Shown piece after piece: positions 13,325 to 26,730 of a stretch of DNA of 64,000 bases; position 1 is the first letter of the stretch, and each line of letters starts with the position of its first letter. Origin of the DNA: Eledone cirrhosa (taxonomy: Eukaryota); contig OZ024750.1 of assembly GCA_964016885.1 (NCBI GenBank), forward strand, positions 9,300,001 through 9,364,000. Reading direction: 5' to 3'. The notes beneath the pieces are model-generated. The model saw nothing but the letters and a program-made list of their open reading frames with translations. It searched no databases and was not told the DNA's origin. The position numbers and the translations under genes are program-made.

Positions 13325-13555
13325 AGGGGTGGTGGTGGTGGATTGGGAGAAGAAGGATTGGTAGAGTGTCAGACAACATACTTTGTGACTCAGAGTTACG
13401 GTCCATTATGTTCTAAGTTCAAGTCCTGACAAAGTTATAGCTTTGCCTTTCATTCCAACAGGGTCAATAAAATAAAGTACCAGTCAAGCACTGGGGTCGA
13501 TTTAATTGACTCTCCCCTCCCCCAAAATTGCTAGCCTTGTGCCTATATAAGAAAC

Positions 13556-13609
<54 letters not shown>

Positions 13610-13760
13610 GGTGGTGGATTGGCAGAGTCGGTAGACCATCGGACAACTTGCTTTGTGACATTGTGTTACGGCATCTTAAATTCTGAGTTCAAATCTCACC
13701 AAGGTAGCTTTACCTTCCATCCATACAAAGTTGATAAAATAAAATACCAGTAAAGCAGTC
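13325..13760 (+). mobile_element. Two tandem S1-related SINE copies separated by an (ATT)n tail
   Basis: Two head/core sets, at about 13325-13560 and 13610-13760. Confidence 0.8.
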
Positions 13761-13914
13761 CTGGTTATTTCTTTTGACTGAAACAGTTCTAGTCTTGTCA
13801 AAGCCATTGCTATGTTAATTTGATATATATATATAGAGAGAGAGAGGGAGAGGGAGAGAGATACATATATATATTTATTCTCTTTCTTTCTCTCTGTATT
13901 TTCACTGCTAGAGT

Positions 13915-14183
13915 AAACCTCTTCAAATGAAGTTGATGTTTATTACGGTATGTCGAATATATTTATCTATAAAACTGTTTATATTGTATTTTGTCTGATG
14001 AAGGCATAGCATATTGTTAATATGATATCCCCGAAATATATATAATGAAATAGATATGGTTTTATAAATATAGTTTTCCATTTATTTAATATTGTAAATA
14101 TACTCCAAGTATTTGTCGAGTGCTTTTATATCAGTTATAAATATTTACTAGTTGTAACCCAACAATTTTAAATATAACTTTAC
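13915..14183 (+). mobile_element. Penelope-like element, family B, with hammerhead at 13987-14052
   Basis: Stem I TATTTTGT/ATGAAATA, CTGATGA 13995-14001, stem II with CATATT/AATATG hairpin, GAAA-TATATA-TA. Near-identical to 21030-21300; ends in (TA)n. Confidence 0.8.
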
Positions 14184-14283
14184 ATATATATATTTATATA
14201 TATATTGGGTGATATTGTTATGTAATTAATGGGAGTATGCAGTTAACTGAATTTGAATGAGTGATAAATCATAAGATTACAAT

Positions 14284-14756
14284 ATCATCATCATCATCAT
14301 CATCATCATTTAACGTCCATTTTCCATGCTAGCATGGGTCTGGACGGGAATTGTCCCACTTGAGACAAGATTGGTTGTCTTGCTCAGGACTGTCTGGTGG
14401 GTTTTCTACGGCTGGATGCCCTTCCTAACACCAACCACGTTTACAGTGTGGACTGGGAGGTTTTTACCGTGTTACCTACACGGCCACATTACAGCGTGGA
14501 CTGTGTGTTTTTTTGTCGTGACACCTACACAACCTCATTTATTTAGGACTGGATGTTGTGGTACCAACATAGCCTTACATCGAAAGGGGTGGTGTAGATG
14601 GCGGTGGGGCTAGGAATTGTAGGACGGGGGTGTATTTTGGTTAAGAGGTGCCTACTGACTGTAGGTTTCGCTTTGTACTTAGGCAAGGCGAGTCTTCTGT
14701 ATTACTGCGTAGCGCCAAAGATCTCGGTCCAGTGACATTGTCTTGGAGAGGTGACC
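14284..14756 (-). mobile_element. 3' end of the same RTE LINE family as 36080-37429
   Basis: Matches the last ORF codons (CACCTCTCCAAGACAATGTCACTGGACCGAGA) and the whole 3' UTR to the (GAT)n tail. Confidence 0.85.
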
Positions 14757-14770
14757 CGGATATATTTATC

Positions 14771-14858
<88 letters not shown>

Positions 14859-14894
14859 CATATATATATATATAAAACAATTTCTATACTTCTC

Positions 14895-14933
<39 letters not shown>

Positions 14934-15058
14934 CACATATATATATATATATATATATGTATATGCACATATATATATATATATTTATTAAAATAACAAA
15001 TTAAAGTTTAAGCAAAGAATCGCTGCTTTCACCCTTAATGGGATCTTCTGAAATTAAC

Positions 15059-15312
15059 TAGGTGTCACGAGAAAAAAAACACAGTCCACGCTATAATGTG
15101 GCCATGTAGGTAACACGGTAAAAAGTTCCCAGTTCCACACTGTAAATGTGGTTGGTGTTAGGAAGGGCATCCAGCCGTAGAAAACCTGCCAGATAGTTTT
15201 ATATGAGCGAGACACGGTCACCTGACCAACCTTGCCTCAAGTGGGACAACTCCCGTCTAACCCATGCTAGCGTGGAAAGTGGACGTTAAACGAAGATGAT
15301 GATGATGATGAT
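15059..15312 (+). mobile_element. RTE-LINE 3' UTR fragment
   Basis: TGGTGTTAGGAAGGGCATCCAGC motif, terminal stem-loop and (GAT)n. Confidence 0.8.
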
Positions 15313-15684
15313 ATATATATGTACACACACATATATATATATATATGTACATATATGGATTATATAATAAAACAAATAGAATTATTTTTTACTTACATTG
15401 TTACTTACATTGTTAACACATAATTTAATTATGTTCCATTTAGTGCAAGACTTATTTTATTTTGTTTTTTTTACTTTTTTCTATGGAATCATGGAAAAAC
15501 TGACGTAAAAACGATGTTGATGATAATGATGATCATGATGATGATGATGATCATGATCATGATCATGATCATGATCATGACAATGATGATGATGACAGAC
15601 AATTATACCAATTTTTATCTTATCTGTCAGAAGGTTTTTTTTTTATCAATTCTCTTTCATAAATCTCTATTGCGTGGGAACATG

Positions 15685-15711
<27 letters not shown>

Positions 15712-15720
<9 letters not shown>

Positions 15721-15900
15721 TTGCACATATTTAGTGAGACCTTCATTTACACACACACACACACACTATTGCACATATTTAGTGAGACCTTCATTTACAC
15801 ACTCACATAGACACACACTATTGCACATATTTAGTGAGACCTTCATTTACACACACACACTATTGCACATATTTAGTGAGACCTTCATTTACACACTCAC
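15712..15900. repeat. Four-copy minisatellite ACACTATTGCACATATTTAGTGAGACCTTCATTT(AC)n
   Basis: Directly visible. Confidence 0.9.
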
Positions 15901-16100
15901 ACACACACACACACACAAATCCAGCTGTAGAAATCAAGCCAAAATCAGTTTTGTATGAGCAAGACAAGGTCACCCGACTTGGCAGTGCCCACAACAGGCC
16001 AACCTGTCTAACCCATGCTAGTGGAAGAATGGACATAAAACGTTGATGATGATGATGATGATGATGAAACACACATTGTATTATTTACACACACACACAA

Positions 16101-16290
16101 GGGCGGTGGATTGGCAGTATCGGTAGAGGGTCGGACGCCATGCTTTGCAGCAAAGAGTTACGGCCCTTTACCGTCTGAGTTCAAATCCCGCCAAGGTTAA
16201 CTTTGCTTTTCATTCTTACGGGGTCGATAAAATAAAGTACCAGTAATACACTGGGATAATTGCTGGCTTTGTGCCAAAAGTAGAAACAAT
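16101..16290 (+). mobile_element. SINE family S1 with TSD
   Basis: Full head, core and tail; flanked by ATTATTTACACACACAC direct repeats. Confidence 0.9.
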
Positions 16291-16793
16291 TATTTACACA
16301 CACACATTGTATTCTTTACACACTATATTTAATAATGTCCTGATCTACACACACATACATACACAGTAGTGTCATGGAGGTAAAATTTAATTGGGTCAAT
16401 CGCAAGTTAATGTCGTCAATAGAGGAAAGAACAAAATAAGATCCATTCAGGTTTCATTGAAAATTACTTTTCCTTCATATTTGGTGGAGTCAAGAATTTT
16501 ATTACAATATAGAAAATATAAGCAGAAAATAAAATGACATACTGACACACACATGCTCACATGTACACACATACACAACAACATATGTACACACACACAC
16601 ATACACAACAACATATGTACACACACACACATACACAACAACATATGTACACACACACACATACACAACAACATATGTACACACATAGACACAATCACAC
16701 ACAATAGCAAATAAGGACTAGATAAAATGACATACACACACATACATGTACACACAGTCACATGCACAGTCACATGTACACACATGCACACAT

Positions 16794-16836
<43 letters not shown>

Positions 16837-17245
16837 CACACACAATCACACACAATAGAAAGTAGGGAATAAGATAAAATGACATAAACACACACACACA
16901 CACATCTACACACAGTCACACAATCACGCACACACAATCACACGCACAGACACAATTACACACAATAGAAAATAAGATAAAATGACACACACACAATCAC
17001 ATACAATCACACACACACACACATCTATGATAATATTAGAAATAGAATGTGATAGATATAATAGAATATATTTCTTTCTACATAGGTTAATACCAAAGAA
17101 CTTAGAGTAATAATATAATGAACTAAAATAAATTGACACATGGCAATAGAGAAGTTATACATACATGTATATATGTGTGTGTGTGTATATATATATATAG
17201 AGAGAGAGAGTTAGATAGGTAGATAGAATAGTGTATATATATATA

Positions 17246-17450
17246 CAAACAAAGGAATTGTGGTAAGGAACCAAATGGACCATAATGCACCAGAGTACTC
17301 AATACTTAAGGTAGTAGAGTGGGAAATAGGAAAAAGTATGATTTTTAGTCTGGTGAATAAATATTTATTCACCAGACTAAAAATTCTAATTTAGTCCTGA
17401 AATAGCCGTCGAAATGGCTTGAGCTCTGCCGTCGGGGTCATACTTTTTCA
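17246..17450. mobile_element. Fold-back element, family C
   Basis: Shares arms with the 40460 and 54437 copies; perfect 44-bp palindrome at 17341-17384; (TA)n on both sides. Confidence 0.75.
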
Positions 17451-17465
17451 TATATATATATATAT

Positions 17466-17637
17466 ACGTTATTCCGGGTTGAATCGGAGGTAAGTGAGGT
17501 ACTCAATACATTGCAGAGTATAAAAGTTTTAATATAGATGAGATTCTACAGGACTAGAACTGTTTCATTCTTTAGAAATCATCAGGATTCCTGATGATTT
17601 CTAAAGAATGAAACAGTTCTAGTCCTGTAGAATCTCA

Positions 17638-17644
<7 letters not shown>
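17466..17644. mobile_element. Fold-back element, family A (56-bp perfect arms, two hammerhead cores)
   Basis: Palindrome 17532-17644 centred on 17588; nearly identical to 4781-4976. Confidence 0.85.
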
Positions 17645-17684
<40 letters not shown>

Positions 17685-17865
17685 GTTGAGACAGTAAACA
17701 GAAAACAAAAAAAAACGTGGAAGTGAAGAGGCAGTACAAATGTTATTATTAGTTTCACGTGTATATATACTGTATATATACTGTATATATACTGTATATA
17801 TACTGTATATATACTGTATATATATATATATGTCTAATCCGTCAGAAGACAGTCTATATATATAT

Positions 17866-18137
17866 ATCATCATACGTCTGCTTTTCCTTGCTTGCAAGGG
17901 TGGGACGGGTCCTATTCAGCACAGCATCTCTCCATTCATCCTCTCCTCTGTGAACTTCAATGATCTGAGGTCTGCTCTTACCATCTCCGCCCATGATTTT
18001 CGTGGTCTTACTCTACTGCGTCTTCCTTCTACTGGGATTTCTTGGCACTTCTTTACCCAGCGGTGATCCTCCATGCGCATCACATGTCCATACCAACGCA
18101 GTCTTCTCTCCTGCACATTACAGCTTATCCCTCTTAT
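17866..18137 (-). mobile_element. RTE LINE 3' fragment
   Basis: Translates to [14 protein letters not shown]...GRRSRVRPRKSW, the typical RTE ORF C-terminus. Confidence 0.9.
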
Positions 18138-19330
18138 ATTAGTTTGATAGATTAGTAGATAGATATGTCTTCAATATATCAATATATATTGATTTTTAAC
18201 ACACACCACATTTAGGGAGCCCTTGACTGCTATTTATTTTTTCAGTCTTTGAATGATGGAAAACAAAATTTACCATGTTGCAATTCAAGATCAATATTTA
18301 TTGAAATATGATACCATTGGGTCTTGAATAATCAACACATCCCACTTATAATTTTTTCTGATTTTTTTCCAACCCCTCTGCTCTTATACGCCCCCCCCCC
18401 CCACACACACACACACTTATTAAATTTTTCTAATCTATCTCCAGTGCAATTTTATTTTTAAGTGGTAGCATTCTTGCGATAATTAACTTTCTTTATACAT
18501 TGAAAGACATTATACGTGACAAAAAATTATATTACAAGAAATCTCATATATTATAAAATAAATAGAATGGGTTGTGGTCTCAGTATGTAAACTAAACAAC
18601 TAATTCTGGTTTTTATTTTTAAAAATCAATGGAAACAACCTCGAAAAATCATTGATTTTCCAACCCCGGCCCCTTATTATTTGGGCCTTGATAGTAGGCA
18701 CATTTAGGGAGTACTTGGCTGGTATTTATTTTTTCAGTTCTGGTATGATGGAAAGCAAAGTTTATCATGTTGCAATTCAAAATCAATATATATTAAAATA
18801 GGATACAAGCTGACTATTAACAGTGAAAACAAATTATCTTCTGATAACATTTAGACAGCAAGGGAAATGGTTTGGTGAAAAGCAGAAATTCTAATAGACT
18901 TTACATGTTTTGACAGGTCTTTTAATGGACTGGATTTATAGCATGTGAGCTGAGAATATTAGGTTAAGCCTTAACATAATCTAGCAATTCCCATGTTGTA
19001 TTTAGATATTTCATTTCATGCTTGAATACCTACCCTTAATGATTTTAGAAACAAAATAGGAATCTATAATCTGGTTACAAAATAAATCAGATCACTAAAT
19101 TTTAAATATTTATTTTTACAATATTTTCTTTCCAATAAACCTATAGATCCCAAAATAGCTTTCGTTTCCTCATTGTTCATTTTAGAGTAATTATAAATAT
19201 TTGGATGCACTTTGTGCTAAAAGCCAACAAATCTATTATAAAAATAAAGCTATTTATATATTTTAGCCTATAGATATAAATAATTTAAACTACATAAAAT
19301 TATTAGGTTATTAGGTCTTTATTCAATAAA

Positions 19331-19430
19331 TGAAGCATAGTGGTTAATGAGTTGGATTCGCAATTGTGAGGTTGTGAGTTTGATTCCCAGACCGAGCAAT
19401 GCGTTATGTCCTTGTGCAAGTCACTTTATT
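19331..19430 (+). mobile_element. CORE-type tRNA SINE, 5' half only (interrupted)
   Basis: B-box GAGTTTGATTCC and CORE-like GTCCTTGTGCAAGTCACTTTATT, then an abrupt poly-T. Confidence 0.7.
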
Positions 19431-20718
19431 TTTTTTTTTTTTTAAAGGAATGCTTTATATAGATGTTTAAAAAATAAGGAAACCTTTCATTTAGATATTA
19501 AAATATTGCTTACACAATATCGAAATGTTCTATTACAATGGTTACCCCCTAAGAGCCATTACACCTTTCATTTTTGTCTTGTCTATAGTTATTTCATCTA
19601 TACTGTGATACATGAAATCCTTTAACGAACAAGCAATTCCAATTAGAGGGGATTTCATCTATGGTATTTACTAGAGAACCCATCATTATTAAAAGGAAAA
19701 TATACCAAATTACAGAAAACACAATTCCAGTGAATTATCTAATACAGATTTCAATGAAAGCAGCCTCCCACATTCACTGAGTTTTGTGATACTTAATAAT
19801 ACTTTAATAGTTTTACATATATAACCATCAAATCTGTATCAGTGCAGACAATTCAGCTTCCATAGTATTCATAATATTTCTAAGAACTAATACATTAGAA
19901 AACTTTCAGTACACTTGAGATTTACAAAGAAATACTAAATGTAACTTCGTACATGCTGAAAACCTCCTCTTGTCAAACTTGGAAAAGCTAATACTTTGTC
20001 TCTGACATGCTTTGCTCATTACCTTCAAGGAACTTTCTTTACTATAAAATTTCCTGAAGAATTCTGATGTTACTTGCACCAAAATTCTATCATGGTTTTA
20101 TTTTTCCTTTTTAAAAATGAGTTTCAGTTCTTCTTCTTCTTCTTCTTCTTCTTCTTCTTCTTCTTCTTCTTCTTCTTCTTCTTCTTCTTCTTCTTCTTCT
20201 TCTTCTTCTTCTTCTTCTTCTTCTTCTTCTTCTTCTTCTTCTTCTTCTTCTTCTTCTTCTTCTTCTTCTTCTTCTTCTTCTTCTTCTTCTTCTTCTTCTT
20301 CTTCTTCTTCTTCTCCTCCTTCTCCTTCTTTGAAATTTAACCTCTATCATAAATTTCCCATTGGCTTACCCCCACCAAAATCAGGAATCTCAAGTGGTCT
20401 GAATCATTCCATTTGTGAAGAGATTCTCCTGGAAGATCTTTCCAGATATTCTGCTATTATTTGTTGTTTCTTGCACTCTTTTATTTTTTACCATTCTTCA
20501 GGCTTAAATCTCATTTCACAAGATATGTTATCAGGTGCAATGTAGTGGCTGCTTTCCGAAGAGGAAGAAAAAGAAATCCCATCAGCTGCTGCTCATTTCT
20601 GCAATGATTGCAGTTGTGGTGGCTGCTGCAGTTGCATTTCATGTCTTCAATGGAGACTGAAGTAACAAATGCAAATTCATAAGATGGTGGCATACATGGA
20701 ATTTGTTTGGCTATCTCC
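19431..20718 (-). pseudogene. Possible processed retrocopy of an unidentified mRNA
   Basis: On the - strand: poly(A) at about 19429-19443 preceded by TATAAA, a UTR-like segment, and a stop-riddled coding-like segment (20320-20690) next to an expanded (GAA)n. It interrupts a SINE. Confidence 0.3.
20128..20313. repeat. Perfect (CTT)n of about 60 units
   Basis: Directly visible. Confidence 0.98.
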
Positions 20719-20781
20719 TTTTTTTTTTTTTTTTTGTAGTGGTTACTTTGTTGTTAGTGGCCACAATATATTTCATTTACA

Positions 20782-20840
<59 letters not shown>

Positions 20841-20846
<6 letters not shown>

Positions 20847-21298
20847 ATTAAATAAATGGAAACTATATTTATAAAACCATATTTATTTCATTATATATAT
20901 TTCGGGGATATCATATTAACAATATGCTATGCCTTCCTCAGACAAAATACAATATAAACAGTTTTATAGATAAATAGATTCGACATACCGTAACAACACC
21001 GACTTGCATTTGAAGAGGTTGAACTGCCAGTTCAACCTCTTCAAATGCAAGTCGGTGTTGTTACGGTATGTCGAATCTATTTATCTATAAAACTGTTTAT
21101 ATTGTATTTTGTCTGAGGAAGGCATAGCATATTGTTAATATGATATCCCCGAAATATATATAATGAAATAAATATGGTTTTATAAATATAGTTTCCATTT
21201 ATTTAATATTGTAAATATACTCCAAATATTTGTCGAGTTCTTTTATATCAGTTATAAATATTTACTAGTTGTAACCCAACAATTTTAAATATAACTTT

Positions 21299-21300
<2 letters not shown>
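20841..21300. mobile_element. Family B fold-back element: 186-bp inverted arms with divergent hammerheads
   Basis: Palindrome 20841-21213 centred on C21027. Hammerhead CTGAGGA...GAAA-TATATA-TA at 21105-21170 (+) and its mirror at 20884-20949 (-). (TA)n flanks. Confidence 0.9.
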
Positions 21301-21347
<47 letters not shown>

Positions 21348-21478
21348 TATACATATACACACACATATATATATAAACATCTATATATCTATATGTATAT
21401 ATATACACACGCACACACACGCACACACACACATATATGTATTCAAATAAACACACACACACATATATAAATATATAC

Positions 21479-21535
<57 letters not shown>

Positions 21536-21544
21536 CATATATAA

Positions 21545-21580
<36 letters not shown>

Positions 21581-21592
21581 ACATATATATAT

Positions 21593-21666
<74 letters not shown>

Positions 21667-22110
21667 GGTATAATAGAATGTGACAATACTAGCAAGAATC
21701 GGGGTCCGACAGCTGAGCTCTTGCCATTTCAACAACTAGCTGAAGGTAATGAGCAAAGCATGTCAGAGACAAAGTATTAGCTTTTGCAAGTTTGACAAGA
21801 GGAGGTTTTCAGCATGTACGAAGTTACATTTAGTATTTCTTTGTAAATCTCAAGTGTACTGAAAGTTTTCTAATGTATTAGTTCTTAGAAATATTATGAA
21901 TACTATGGAAGCTGAATTGTCTGTACTGATATAGATAGCCATGGTTTGATGGTTATATATGTAAAATTATTAAAGTATCATTAAGTATCACAAAACTGTG
22001 ACTAATTAAAATTGAATATAAATTCACAATAACACCCCAACTTCCACATGAGCCATCAGTGTATTTTATTATTATTTCTGGCAATATTATAACAATATGA
22101 CCCTCCCCAA

Positions 22111-22167
<57 letters not shown>

Positions 22168-22236
22168 TACGCTTTTCAGTAATTTAGTGAACTACTGGTG
22201 GTGGTACCAACAAACACTATATTTTTTGTTGGATCG

Positions 22237-22326
22237 CCAGTTTGAAGAGCAGATCGATAATGAAGTTCGGTCCATAACTTCTATGGGCGACCCTGAGCCA
22301 ATCCTCTGTGAAACACGTGTAACAGG
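22237..22326 (+). ncRNA. Decayed hammerhead motif with long stem II
   Basis: CCAGT-TTGAAGA-GCAGA...TCTGT-GAAA-CACGTG-TA-ACAGG; C3 is mutated; palindromic CACGTG stem III. Confidence 0.6.
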
Positions 22327-22414
22327 CCGATACACAATAAAAAACTAAATACACATATAATAAAAACAATGAAGTTTCATTTATGTATGTGTGTGTGTGA
22401 GAGAGAGAGAGAGT

Positions 22415-22581
22415 CTTCTGTTCAATCGGGGGTAACCATACAGTAAGTAAAGTACTCAATACATTAGTAGTGAGTAAACATCATGTTTAATATAGAAATG
22501 GCTTTTATAGGACTAGAACTGTTTTTCGTTCAAATGGAACAGTTTTAGTCCTGTAGAAGCCATTTCTATATTAAACATGAT
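22415..22581. mobile_element. Family A fold-back element (diverged; core lost at the centre)
   Basis: Inverted arms TCATGTTTAATATAGAAATGGCTT...AAGCCATTTCTATATTAAACATGA. Confidence 0.75.
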
Positions 22582-22597
22582 ATATATATATATGATG

Positions 22598-22654
<57 letters not shown>

Positions 22655-23012
22655 TTTTCAATCATAACAATTTTTTGCTAAGACATCAATATTTGCTGCA
22701 GATGTATTTTCAAACCAGAGATTATCTACGACACTAAAGTAAGATTGGATCAGCTGCATATTTTTGATTTAGACAATATTTGTAAAGAAGCAGTGATAAC
22801 ATAAAACCTAATCAGCAGCAAATAATCTCTACTCTGACCACTGTTTATTTAGACCCAGTATTCATAACCAGTTATAATTCCTCAGAATGTAAGAAACAAA
22901 TATAGAAAATAAAACAAATGAAATAAAATGTCTTCTCCATGGAATTACCTGTGTGTGTGTTCTGATATTCATACATTTCTAGTGTGTTAAGAGGATGTAG
23001 TTCAACAGTAGA

Positions 23013-23456
23013 ATGTGTATATATAGTTGTGCTGTGTATATATAGTTGTGATGTGTATATATAGTTGTGATGTTATATATAGTTGTAATGTGTATATATA
23101 GTTGTGATGTACATATATAGTTGTGGTGTGTATATATAGTTGTGGTGTGTATATATAGTTGTGATGTGTATATATAGTTGTGATGTGTATATATAGTTGT
23201 AATGTGTATATATAGTTGTGATGTACATATATAGTTGCGGTGTGTATAATGAAACATTGTGTACAGTGCTCAGGTGCACTACAACTCATCAAAAAGTGTA
23301 TATATAGTACATAGGGTAATGTACAAACATCAGGAAATGTGTATATATAGTTGTGATATGTATATATAGTTGTAATGTGTATATATAGTTGTGATGTACA
23401 TATATAGTTGTGGTGTGTATATATATAGTTGTGATGTGTATATATAGTTGTGATGT
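23013..23456. repeat. 19-bp minisatellite TGTGTATATATAGTTGTGA interrupted by a LINE 3' fragment (23245-23337)
   Basis: Directly visible. Confidence 0.9.
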
Positions 23457-23659
23457 TACATCTATGTGAACATGCTCAATTGACAATCCAATGTAGTCAG
23501 TATATGTAAATATTTTATATTTTTCTCCACATACACACATATATACTAAGTATATATATATATCATGTATATGTTGTCGATCTCTCAGACTTTTACAAAG
23601 CACTGAGGGAATAAATATGTATGTTTATATGTATATGTTTATGTGTGTGTCTGTGTGTG

Positions 23660-23775
23660 TGTATGCAAAAGGCAAACAGAAATGACAAAATAAACGACAC
23701 AGTATAATGAAGAAATATATTAGTTTTATGCTTGATATAGTAAAAAAAAAATAGTCTTAACGTTTCAGATGCTAG
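23660..23775 (-). mobile_element. Family D element, 5'-truncated within the hammerhead
   Basis: The - strand reads CTGAAACGTTAAGAC followed by the family D body. Confidence 0.65.
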
Positions 23776-25049
23776 AATGAGAAATTAAAGAAAAAATATA
23801 TATCATCATCATCATCATTTTATGCCTGCTTGTCAAGGTGACATGGGAGTCAAAGGACTACATCATATTTGTACATTACAAGTTTTAGCAAGGTTTTAAT
23901 GTCTTGATTCTCTTCCTAATTCCAATTCAAAATCATTCATCAGAAAATAGCTCCTATCTCTCTTTGTCTTCCTTTACTTTAAGAAGTAATGGAAGACAAA
24001 GAGATATGGAAGCTCAATTTTTTCGTGTTATCACAGGCTACAATATTTAAGTATTAATTTAAATTGAACATTTACATGAAATGGCAATGAAATTTTGTGA
24101 AATTTGTCAATAATTTGATTAAAAAATTGACATTTTCTTTTTACAAGATAATGGGTCTTAAAGATTTTATTGCTTGAAATTCATAAAAGAGATACCAACC
24201 CATTGCATTGTCACTATAGATGAGATTGAACAATACATCAAAGTATGAACATTTCAGAATTTTCTGAAAAGGGTTAAAGATTTTCATTTCTCGATTAAAT
24301 CTAAAAATTTTGATGAAAGCAAATCTTAGTCATTGCAGTTTCATTGGAATTTGAAATGCAGTTTATTGAATTGTAAAAGGAAAGCTCGTAATAAAAGTCA
24401 TCAAAGTTTATAGATCTATAGATTGCACTAAAAGTCAATGAGAAATGGTATAGAATCTTTATATAGAATTGCTGTTTATCTCTTATGGAGAATTTGTTTG
24501 AAGAAAAATGATAGTGGCAATTATTTCAGAAAAAAAGAAACCTGCATATACTTAACAGACATGATCGCACATGAAGTGAATTCCTTGTTGTTGTTGCTAA
24601 TTAACTTGTGGATGCCGATAGCCAAGTGTGCTACTCAAGTATCCAAGTAACTTCTAATATTAGAAAAGATGTCAAGCAAAAGATAAAGACGAGAAGAATA
24701 TGACAGCTTTATTCCTTATTTCCAATTAATTTTTGAAGTCGTATAAAAAGAGATGAAACAGGGAGGGTCTTCTTCAATTTTTAGGAACAATCGTTTTTAT
24801 TTGTAGCTTCTTCTTAATATAGGTGTAATCAAAATTGAAACTCTATCTACATGTGTATGATAAATATAATAGAAATGTGAATATCTAAAACTAACAAATA
24901 TTTCTAAAACTACATGAATATAATTCTAAGTATTATATATGCCCCTTTGATGAGTTGTATTGCACCTGAGCACTGTACACAATACTTTTCATTATATAAT
25001 ATGTGCCTATACTAGAAATCATTATCATCATATAATTGTTTCTACTTTT

Positions 25050-25160
25050 GGACTAGTGTCCGAAACATTGAGACTCTTTTCCTGCTATTTCAAGCGTTAA
25101 ACTAATATATTTCTTCAATGTACTGTGTCGTTTGCTTTGTGATTGTTATTTGCTTATTAT
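25050..25160 (+). mobile_element. Family D element starting at hammerhead stem II
   Basis: GGACTAGTGTCCGAAACATTGAGACTC, then the family body into (TA)n. Confidence 0.7.
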
Positions 25161-25190
25161 ATATATATACATACATATATATATATACAT

Positions 25191-25221
<31 letters not shown>

Positions 25222-25306
25222 CATACACACACATACATATATATATATATATTCATACACACACATATATATACACATATATATACATACATATATATAT
25301 ATATAC

Positions 25307-25353
<47 letters not shown>

Positions 25354-25458
25354 CATATATATACATATATATACATATATATAAATATATATATCTACAT
25401 ACATACATATATATATATACACATATATATATATATACATACATATATATATATATAT

Positions 25459-25549
<91 letters not shown>

Positions 25550-25564
25550 TATACACACATATAT

Positions 25565-25890
25565 ATCATCATTTCACTTTACGTCCGCTTTTCCCCTGCT
25601 TGCAAGGGTGGGACGGGAACTGATTCTGGCTTGATTTCTACAGCTGGATGCCCTTCCTAACACCAACCTCATTTACTGTGAGTGGTGGGTGCTTTTTTTC
25701 CGTGGCGCCTCCACGACCACTTTGCAGTGGAATGATAGGGACCCCAGTCCCTATCATATCATTTCTACAGCTGAGTAAACTGGACCACTTTGAAATAAAG
25801 TGTCTTGCTCAAGGAAACAACACATCACCCGGTCTGAGAATTGAACTTACAACCTTTCGATTGCAAGGCGAATGCTCTAACCACTAAGTT
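25565..25890 (-). mobile_element. Composite SINE S2 (tRNA head + CORE-type domain + RTE-derived tail)
   Basis: Reverse-complement match to 56885-57228. Confidence 0.85.
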
Positions 25891-26730
<840 letters not shown>

